Origin: Fidelibacterota bacterium
Lineage (GTDB): Bacteria > Fidelibacterota > Marinisomatia > Marinisomatales > UBA2128
Assembly: GCA_046861645.1 (NCBI GenBank)
Contig: JBHHUM010000006.1
Span: 1 to 55,383, forward strand
Direction of reading: 5' to 3'
Length of the DNA: 55,383 nt
Within the stretch, counting starts at the first letter, position 1. Every line of letters begins with the position of its first letter. The position numbers and the translations under genes were made by a program. The notes below the pieces were generated by a model, which saw only the letters and a list, made by a program, of their open reading frames with translations, ran no database searches and was not told the DNA's origin. Below are positions 50,201 through 55,383 of the stretch, in pieces.

Positions 50201-50860
50201 CAGAGTGAGCAATTCAATCCAACAGCATTCGCCGGAACTAAATTGCTAAATAGATACTCTGGTATTTCCTATCGTGCCATCGATAACCCAGGGGAATTGT
50301 ATGATGGTTTTACGAATGGTGAAAAATGGAGCTTCCTAAGCGGTGGTATTCAGACCGAATCTCTAAATACTGTGGATGTCGCGACATTGTTGTCAGCGGG
50401 ACCATTTGTTATTGATCCTGATAGTAGCATCATTGTTGGTTTTGCAGTTATTGGCGCTGGTAGTTTGGAAGATATGGAAACAAGCGCTGATGCTGCTCAG
50501 GAATTGTGGGACCTTTATTTTGAGGAAGTGGGCATCGGTGATGAAGTTGCAGTAATTCCAGATGTCTTTGCTCTGCATCAAAACTTCCCCAACCCGTTCA
50601 ACCCGCTGACAGCGGTACCGTACGATGTTCCTGAGATTGCCGATGTTAAGATTGACATCTACAATATCCTGGGTCAGAAGGTACGGACACTGGTAACGGG
50701 TGAGCACGAGCCGGGCTTCTACAGGGCTATCTGGAACGGGAAAAACGATCAGGGTGCGCTGGTGACTACGGGCGTGTATATCTACAGGGTTACCGCCCTG
50801 AGCAAGGCTTCCGGAGAGGTCGCCTTCACCAAGACCCGCAAACTGGTGTTGATGAAGTAG
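44285..50860 (+). CDS. Giant (2191 aa) modular secreted protein: cleaved-adhesin/MAM-like, 4 PPC-like repeats, lamin-tail domain, Fn3 domains, FlgD-Ig/T9SS-like C-terminal domain
   Basis: SD AGGAGG; signal peptide; ENFD..IPGTWTV...WAVDNV; four EPNDD repeats; VINEIMQNP..EYVELVN; Fn3 GLTN..EYC; C-terminus ALHQNFPNPFNP...TRKLVLMK. Confidence 0.88.
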   Translation: MYRRILTTTTMMFLMLGVLWAGTAQDAQVTEADKGAEYERNVFLQNLYIYTKADLKEFGVNKLDQLLQIAEQEGVDVAIPLLKDVIRDKVPALSHSVSQSSSEMLFSRTELLNENFDAGIPGTWTVVDGSSDGFTWQGVTDDGGSTLDGTPFVFVDSDAAGSGITMDEELVSPAVDASGYSSLYIEFDQYYNHLSSDSAELDVWNGSAWINVAGYYSDIGSWSTPDFQSIDISAYANASLQVRFRYMDNGSWAWYWAVDNVVITDTPTTSDPCEDYPDANEPNDDMTTATSILTDSTVIVASICDADDIDYYSFTLSSQMDVFINTDSISFDTYDTDTYLTLYDDAGASIETDDDGGPGYLSEISITLDAGTYYVEVDQSSYATGDIFDYEVAVMATAPAAPSPYDGVIVINEIMQNPSAVSDSYGEYVELVNLSGADVDIEGWTFGDNDYESFVIYADTTGHGYEGGGGTTVVPAGGFLVLGASADTSINGGTPVDFEYGGYGELDGITLSNSSDEVILSDADGLLVDEVWYDNGATFPDPSGASMEFHPDSLAAGADNDDGYAWHAATDPFGDGDFGTPGDANGTGEVDCDAMGFTDNNEPNDDGTSATVVYDGDSLGAAICPAEDVDWYTITVADSGTLISETFPGSGGAYGTDTYLWLIDATTGDTLDEDDDAGEGWLSEVSADVAAGTYYIVADQSPAYAAEDLFDYGISFSFVTDICADIPDDNEPNDDMTTATPIATDGNYMLAAICPENDMDFYTFSISDGWWEVCIDLDNIDGNPYDTDTELELYDADGNSIDFNDDGYDCSDTSYSYQSTIFANLGPGDYFVRADNSSYWAPEDVFGYEIAVTLLGPGQDPWAPQNLTAEAGDGEIFLWWDDPEAASDSGFAASKNVVDQRQIAIAKEHIAKKIEQAENRKRAKSLNKADKDKARYGKVQPAPQGFEQSIDRTTCENWNTFNYYGWGYLGGDEGVASLFWFDTGSVDLESTTIFGYNPIPDSTVIGYVEVSEADSNGTTLSVIASGDVVVDEAGALTLDITGNTFTSTGDNFLKVKMIPQTVVIEDSIMAPYPLSDDGTVPTYMSGFDSAGVFFASEYNFDIELCLVSAEGECDSFPDVYEPNDDMTTATSVSIGDTLEAALCPYGEHDFYVVEVLSTGTLIAEIHPGSLGEYGTDTILEILDSDGNEIAYDDDGGPGWTSFAWVDVEPGTYYVHCFTLWGFKGDYGISFDFVEPLTFNIYYEDGTLIADSLQGNEYNVAGLTNDVEYCFYATTNIPDSVESASSNVACATPIPPELCPPNDLIVEAGDGEVFLAWAPPTGGGGSMAVYPDDGAYNTGSIDSSLILTDTSLVKACNPVTGSTQGWIMFDVSDLAGLGFISQIDFNFYVNDTNWPWWSATPMSSNPVTASPDVLWSDIEAEANDGYYLYQNESSSYTTGFYSLTLEGDAVADLEAAIAQGWFAMGIYDRDYPSTSYYIIMDGWAEDNPPFLTIFYDGGQVAKAPAIDPRNAGTQLADYKQNTDEESLAGVSRNRQAITTPTSAPLPSDFDIAGYKEVILNSNPIPSNNQNRIELPGNVGPSRSTDCWNYNDFWTYLWYGDVDVAKASLFPMSPGTWRFESVSIPDYSNTWIGLDSAEAWVRVDLTDDMGNTVTTLVEDVLVTDGSWGDLDLGGVVFDLDGSGFVKVSVLGTTYIDSLDNYAPYLLSDDGSVPTYLTGWDSSGVFVADVYNWDIELCANFEGTPEECGSLAGYNVYQDGGFLDYTTETTYLATGLTNGTEYCYEVSAVYDEGESVPIGPECATPTTIEPDFLTHVTGPLQATITNEGNIGFLDFDGSPGDGFVFNGDNFLYEGGLMMGISAEQVSDCIRGVSSDQDDDFIAISTLEIWSPGDITSEEGFVALEDSGAANPIGLEIEQSTFADTGDSYIIFTYEITNLNETAVMDLYVGLFFDWDVINYGDNSARYDASRRLGYAQSEQFNPTAFAGTKLLNRYSGISYRAIDNPGELYDGFTNGEKWSFLSGGIQTESLNTVDVATLLSAGPFVIDPDSSIIVGFAVIGAGSLEDMETSADAAQELWDLYFEEVGIGDEVAVIPDVFALHQNFPNPFNPLTAVPYDVPEIADVKIDIYNILGQKVRTLVTGEHEPGFYRAIWNGKNDQGALVTTGVYIYRVTALSKASGEVAFTKTRKLVLMK

Positions 50861-50884
50861 ACACCCTTAACAAAGGATAAAATG

Positions 50885-50930
50885 GAAATGGGGACGACTC
50901 TTCGTGAGAGTTGCCCCCATTTCTATATTT
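50885..50930 (+). terminator. Rho-independent terminator
   Basis: GAAATGGGGACGACTCT-TCGTG-AGAGTTGCCCCCATTTC then T-rich tail. Confidence 0.75.
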
Positions 50931-51015
50931 CTAAAAGCAGTTAACGGTATATAAAATATGTCCAATACCCCAAAAGATTAACTCCAAGCTTTTTCCGGAC
51001 AGTAGAAGAAAATTC

Positions 51016-51044
51016 TTGACTTCTGGTTTGCCTGAAAGCATATT
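51016..51044 (+). promoter_or_regulatory. Putative ssb promoter
   Basis: TTGACT-17 nt-CATATT. Confidence 0.5.
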
Positions 51045-51093
51045 CTCAAATAACACTACTGTACAATGTAAATAAGTAGAAAGGAGAATCGCT

Positions 51094-51498
51094 ATGGGAA
51101 TGGATCGAGGCAGTGTAAACAAAGCAATCTTGATAGGGCATCTGGGTAATGATCCGGAGAGTCGCTATCTTCCTTCAGGTGATGCCGTACTGAACATCAG
51201 CATCGCTACTAACGAAGGGTGGCGTGATAAAGACGGTGAACAGAAAGATCGCACGGAGTGGCATCGCTGTGTTATATTTGGTAAGCAGGCGGAGACAGCG
51301 GCCAAGTTGTTGTCTAAAGGACAACTGATCTATCTGGATGGCCGCCTGAGAACCCGATCCTGGGAAGATAAGGATGGCATCAAACGCTATCAGACCGAAG
51401 TGGTTGTAAGCAACTTTACCATGTTGGGTGGAAAGAGTAAAAGCAGTGGTGAGACACCATCTGTGTCTGAGGGTGAAGATGATGATTTACCCTTCTAG
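51094..51498 (+). CDS. ssb: Single-stranded DNA-binding protein
   Basis: SVNKAILIGHLGNDPE, TEWHR, GRLRTRSW, acidic C-terminal DDDLPF. Confidence 0.97.
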   Translation: MGMDRGSVNKAILIGHLGNDPESRYLPSGDAVLNISIATNEGWRDKDGEQKDRTEWHRCVIFGKQAETAAKLLSKGQLIYLDGRLRTRSWEDKDGIKRYQTEVVVSNFTMLGGKSKSSGETPSVSEGEDDDLPF

Positions 51499-51513
51499 GT
51501 AAATAAATAGATG

Positions 51514-51543
51514 GGGGTCACCTTTTGGTGACCCCTCTTATTA
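51514..51543 (+). terminator. Terminator after ssb
   Basis: GGGGTCACC-TTTT-GGTGACCCC-TCTTATT. Confidence 0.75.
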
Positions 51544-51724
51544 TATGCTTTAAACGTATCCTCTTTTTGTATTAATAGTTGTGGCATTTTGATTTTTTAA
51601 TCAATTGAGGAGTACAACAATAGTTTAACATTTTCTCATGTATACATAATATAATTATGATATTTATACATATTACCTAATAATATCTTGGATTAAAGCA
51701 ATATATTAAATATTTTTAAGTGGC

Positions 51725-52174
51725 ATGTTAGATGACATTGACAGGAAGCTGCTGGAGCTTCTCCAGGAAGATGGACGTAAAACAGCAAAAGATGCAGCTG
51801 AGCAGGTGGCTATGTCCATTCCGGCAACTGCGGAACGTATCAGACGTTTGGTAGATGGGGGATACATACACGATTTTAGGGCTGTGGTTGATCCTAAAAA
51901 AGTGGGCTATGATGTTACCTCCTTTATATTGGTAGTGATGTCCTCTTCTGCCTATTATGAAGAATTAGTGCGGCACGCCAAAGAGTCCAATGAAATCTTA
52001 GAATGTCACTCCATAACTGGTGAAGGCTCACATTTACTGAAGGTCAGGCTCAAAGATACTTCAGCCCTGGAAGGACTACTCCGGAAAATTCAGTCGTGGG
52101 AAGGGGTCCTTCGTACACACACCATGGTGGTCATGTCCACCTTTAAGGAAGAAACTCACTTAAGTATTTCATGA
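51725..52174 (+). CDS. Lrp/AsnC family transcriptional regulator
   Basis: LDDIDRKLLELLQEDGR, ERIRRL..GG.I, ECHSITGE..LLKV; long AT-rich upstream region. Confidence 0.93.
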   Translation: MLDDIDRKLLELLQEDGRKTAKDAAEQVAMSIPATAERIRRLVDGGYIHDFRAVVDPKKVGYDVTSFILVVMSSSAYYEELVRHAKESNEILECHSITGEGSHLLKVRLKDTSALEGLLRKIQSWEGVLRTHTMVVMSTFKEETHLSIS

Positions 52175-53313
52175 CGGGTTCTACAGCAGACTATGAGGTT
52201 GTGATTATAGGTGCAGGCGTAATAGGTCTTTCCGTGGCGAAGGGTCTGGCAGAACAGGGGGTGCAGGAAGTATTGTTGATTGAAAAGGAAGAAGCTTTTG
52301 GGAGGGGAACCTCCAGTCGTAACAGTGAAGTAATCCACTCTGGGATTTATTATGAACCCAATTCCTTGAAGGCCAGATACTGCTGCTTGGGTCGGGAGCT
52401 GCTCTATCCTTTTTGCCGGGAAAACGATATCTGGCATAGTCGCTGTGGGAAGCTTGTGATAGCCAAAGATGGACAAGAAGATGATCTGCAGGTTCTATAT
52501 GAGAATGCCCAGACCAATGGAGTACCAGAGCTCTCTCTTTTAGATGATGAACAGGTGGCAGTTTTGGAACCGGAGATATCTGTTTCGGCAGCTCTTTTTG
52601 TGGGCTGCACTGGTATTATTTCTGCGCATGAACTCATGGCGGCCTTCTACCGTATTGCCGAGGATGGGGGTCATGATCTTGTGTTGAAAGCACGTACCGT
52701 GGATGTTGAACCCAGAGGAGATATATACACCCTGGAGGTAGAGGGACCTGGGGAGGCGAGATATAAGGTAACGACTGACTGGGTAGTGAACGCAGCGGGC
52801 CTATATAGTGATCGAGTGGCAGAATTGTTGTGGGGGACAGAGGATAAAAATCGACCGGTATTGCATCTATCCAAAGGGTCTTATTTTAAGCTGACACCTA
52901 AGTGGCGTCAGCGTGTTCAGCATCTGGTCTATCCTTTGCCAGATGCAGGTAGTGACTCTCTGGGTATTCATATCAGTTTTGACGCCAACGGTGATTTAAG
53001 ACTCGGACCCAACGTAAGGTGGTTATCAAATCGTAATGAAGATTATGTTGTGCAAGAAGAGGATAGAACCTTTTTTTATCAGGAAGCAAAGCAATATCTG
53101 CCAGCTCTTGAACAGGATGATTTAACACCTGATTTTGCTGGCATTCGACCCAAACTTTCAACACCAAGGGGGAAACCTTCTGATTTCTACATCCAACATG
53201 AGATTGACCGGGGTTACCCGGGATGGATAAACCTGATTGGTATCGATTCACCTGGACTGACTGCGGCCATTGCCATTGGTGAAGAGGTAGCGTCGTGGAT
53301 AAAAGGGAGTTAA
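52171..53313 (+). CDS. FAD-dependent oxidoreductase, L-2-hydroxyglutarate oxidase (LhgO)-like
   Basis: VIIGAGVIG, GTSSRNSEVIHSGIYY..SLKA, CGKLVIA, VNAAGLYSD, LGIH, GIRPKL, GIDSPGLTAA. Confidence 0.88.
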   Translation: MTGSTADYEVVIIGAGVIGLSVAKGLAEQGVQEVLLIEKEEAFGRGTSSRNSEVIHSGIYYEPNSLKARYCCLGRELLYPFCRENDIWHSRCGKLVIAKDGQEDDLQVLYENAQTNGVPELSLLDDEQVAVLEPEISVSAALFVGCTGIISAHELMAAFYRIAEDGGHDLVLKARTVDVEPRGDIYTLEVEGPGEARYKVTTDWVVNAAGLYSDRVAELLWGTEDKNRPVLHLSKGSYFKLTPKWRQRVQHLVYPLPDAGSDSLGIHISFDANGDLRLGPNVRWLSNRNEDYVVQEEDRTFFYQEAKQYLPALEQDDLTPDFAGIRPKLSTPRGKPSDFYIQHEIDRGYPGWINLIGIDSPGLTAAIAIGEEVASWIKGS

Positions 53314-53331
53314 ATAGGGAGAGGAAATAAT

Positions 53332-54345
53332 ATGGGCAAGGTTAAAGCTGAATATATCTGGATGGACGGTCACAAACCAACCCAGAAATTACGTTCTAAA
53401 ACTAAGGTGATTATTGGACCTGTAACAGCGGTTGAAGATATCCCCGTCTGGGGATTTGATGGTTCCAGTACCATGCAGGCTGAAGGACACAACAGTGATT
53501 GTATGCTTCAACCTGTTTACTTTGTTGCAGATCCTATCCGTAATGGTGATAATATCCTAGTGATGTGTGAGGTGTATAATGCCGATGGTACACCACATAA
53601 GACCAATCCACGTGCTCATCTACGGGCGGTGGTGGAGAAGTATACGGAGCACGATCCCTGGTTTGGCATTGAACAAGAATATACTTTTTTCGTTGGTAGA
53701 ACTCCCCTGGGTTGGCCAGACGGAGGGTATCCTGCACCCCAGGGTCCCTTCTATTGTGGTGTCGGGGCTGATGAGGTTTTCGGACGCAATATTGTCGAGG
53801 AACACCTGGATAAGTGTTTGAAAGCTGGAATCAGTATCTCTGGTATTAACGCCGAAGTTATGCCGGGGCAGTGGGAGTTTCAGGTGGGACCTTTAGGACC
53901 TTTAGCAGTAGCGGATGAATTGTGGTTGGCTCGTTGGCTACTTTATCGTATAGCCGAAGGCTACGGCGTTAATGCTACACTTCATCCCAAGCCGGTGAAG
54001 GGAGATTGGAACGGAGCTGGAGCCCATACCAATTTTAGTATCAAATCCATGCGGGAAAACGGTGGAATGGAGATTATTACTGCAGCGTGTGAGAAGTTAG
54101 GGGTAAACCATGAAAAACATATTGCGGTTTATGGGGCGCACAATGAAGAGCGTCTCACAGGATTACACGAAACTTGTGCGATACATGAGTTCCGTTATGC
54201 TGTAAGCGACCGGGGGGCTTCTATCCGGATACCAATGGCTACAGCTAATGCCGGGCGCGGCTACCTCGAGGATCGCCGCCCTGCAGCCAACATGGATCCC
54301 TATCAGGTGTGTGCGGTACTGATAGAGACTGTGTGTGGAGAGTAA
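53332..54345 (+). CDS. glnII: Glutamine synthetase type II
   Basis: 337 aa; AEYIWMDG, LRSKTK, WGFDGSST, WFGIEQEYT, PQGPFYCGVG, GINAEVMPGQWEFQVGP, HPKP..GDWNGAGAH, RLTGLHET, RGASIRIP, YLEDRRPAANMDPY. Confidence 0.95.
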   Translation: MGKVKAEYIWMDGHKPTQKLRSKTKVIIGPVTAVEDIPVWGFDGSSTMQAEGHNSDCMLQPVYFVADPIRNGDNILVMCEVYNADGTPHKTNPRAHLRAVVEKYTEHDPWFGIEQEYTFFVGRTPLGWPDGGYPAPQGPFYCGVGADEVFGRNIVEEHLDKCLKAGISISGINAEVMPGQWEFQVGPLGPLAVADELWLARWLLYRIAEGYGVNATLHPKPVKGDWNGAGAHTNFSIKSMRENGGMEIITAACEKLGVNHEKHIAVYGAHNEERLTGLHETCAIHEFRYAVSDRGASIRIPMATANAGRGYLEDRRPAANMDPYQVCAVLIETVCGE

Positions 54346-54416
54346 TTCAGAATTCAGTATATAACAGAAAATCCTTTACAAGTTTTAACACTTTTCATTA
54401 TTCCAGAAAATTGGTG

Positions 54417-54452
54417 TTGAAAATAGTGGTGTTATGTGTTAAGTTACACCAC
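54417..54452 (+). promoter_or_regulatory. Promoter overlapped by an inverted repeat (putative XRE operator)
   Basis: TTGAAA-17 nt-TAAGTT; GTGGTGTTA(54426)...TTACACCAC(54444), 8/9 complementary. Confidence 0.5.
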
Positions 54453-54505
54453 AACACTTTTTGGTTTTAACCGTATCGAATAAATATCCATCAATAGAAG
54501 CAAAC

Positions 54506-55204
54506 GTGAATCAAGCTACAATAAGCAAAGAAGCCCGAGAGTCATTTGGGGAATTTATCCGTTCCCACCGTCAGAAAAAGGAGTTGGGTATCAGGGAAAT
54601 TGAGCGCATATCTGACGGACTGATCAAGGCGCCGTATCTGAGCCGTATTGAGCACGGACGGGAGAACCCGCCCGGTGAGGGGATACTCTCAAAGCTATCT
54701 GAAATTTTAGAAGTTGATCGGGATGAGATATTTGCCCAGGCAGGGAAGATGCCGCCGGAACTTCAGGAAGCCTATGTTAAAGAAAAAACTGTACGAACCA
54801 CCTATCGTGCGGTAAAAGAGCGTAGTGGGGAGATTAGCGAGCCTGGCACAATGTACCAATCGAGGGGTGAATTGACTGACCGATCGAAATTACTGGCAAA
54901 GGAGCTTAAGCGGTGGACGGATATTCTGGTAAAGCAATACAACCCAGAGAAAATTATTTTATTTGGGTCGTTTGCGAAAGGGAGAGTCCATGGATGGTCA
55001 GATATTGACATCATAATTATTAAAAAAACCGATCTCCCTTTTTTAAAGCGAACAAGAGAAATAATCCGATTGTTGGATCCTATGGTAGGAGCTGACTTTT
55101 TAGTTTATACACCCCAGGAATTTGATGAACTGTGTAAAAACAGAAGATTTTTTAAACAAGAGGTGCTAACAAAAGGAACGGTCATTTTTGAAAGAACCCA
55201 TTAA
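54506..55204 (+). CDS. XRE-family HTH fused to a minimal nucleotidyltransferase (MNT/MntA-like)
   Basis: FGEFIRSHR..LGIRE...YLSRIEHG..PP HTH; then PEKIILFGSFAKG..HGWSDIDII (GS-X10-DXD) and DFLVYTPQEF. Start could be GTG 54506 or TTG 54461. Confidence 0.85.
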   Translation: MNQATISKEARESFGEFIRSHRQKKELGIREIERISDGLIKAPYLSRIEHGRENPPGEGILSKLSEILEVDRDEIFAQAGKMPPELQEAYVKEKTVRTTYRAVKERSGEISEPGTMYQSRGELTDRSKLLAKELKRWTDILVKQYNPEKIILFGSFAKGRVHGWSDIDIIIIKKTDLPFLKRTREIIRLLDPMVGADFLVYTPQEFDELCKNRRFFKQEVLTKGTVIFERTH

Positions 55205-55289
55205 TTACTGGATAAGTTTTGCAGAGGAAGCATTGAAGGTAGCTAGGGAGGTCTTCGAAAGAATTGGACTGGTAAGTGGTGAATGGTAA
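55188..55289 (+). pseudogene. Truncated HEPN-domain gene remnant
   Basis: TTG start overlapping the MNT 3' end; MKEPINYWISFAEEALKVAREVFE resembles the HEPN first helix (W..FAEED L..A); stops after 33 aa. Confidence 0.55.
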
Positions 55290-55383
55290 CTGGTATTATC
55301 GAAAATAAAAGGGAAATCCATTCCAAATGAGGAAACTTAAAATCTCTATCCAAAGGGCTTAATTATTTCATATCTGATTTTGA

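Noticed and set aside
44285..50860. Diversity-generating retroelement target or template repeats
   Set aside because: Internal repeats differ at all base types rather than only adenines, and no reverse transcriptase is present.
55290..55383. Four-helix-bundle gene remnant after the heptamer repeats
   Set aside because: The ORF stops after about a dozen codons and the window ends; not supportable.
1..55383. The many 60-200 aa antisense or alternate-frame ORFs in the track (e.g. 25680-26285, 21775-22329, 33421-33963)
   Set aside because: They lie within well-supported genes and show no family motifs; treated as shadow ORFs.
1..55383. tRNA/rRNA genes, transposases, integrases, selenoprotein UGA read-through
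   Set aside because: None recognised in the intergenic gaps or ORFs; genes ending in TGA have complete C-termini.

Overview
55.4-kb bacterial chromosomal window with about 37 protein-coding genes, mostly on the + strand. I found no rRNA, tRNA, transposase, integrase or cas gene. The gene content suggests an FCB-superphylum organism outside Bacteroidetes, most plausibly Marinimicrobia-like (inference). Supporting features are a SusC/SusD pair, two more TonB-dependent receptors, a PorV-family protein, secreted proteins with 'NYPNPFN'/FlgD-Ig C-termini, a dockerin, type II glutamine synthetase and GGAG Shine-Dalgarno motifs. Main blocks in order: a CoA-transferase, SusC/D and two oxidoreductases; a divergent CoA-transferase / HMG-CoA-lyase-like / LeuCD-like cluster translationally coupled to exported M16 and M1 peptidases, followed by a TBDR - large secreted protein - PorV - TolB-like locus; an accessory zone (26.5-32 kb); then a PPAD-like deiminase with dockerin, Na/Pi transporter and PhoU, housekeeping genes, a 2191-aa modular secreted protein, ssb, Lrp-oxidase-GSII, and an XRE-MNT fusion next to a truncated HEPN. 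The most striking signal is in the accessory zone. A solitary type I-E CRISPR-like repeat, a 31-nt spacer-like stretch and a second pseudo-repeat hairpin sit just upstream of an AAA/DUF4143 ATPase, inside a segment bounded by a duplicated 5' end of the neighbouring gene. All functional calls come from motif recognition by eye; no database searches were run.
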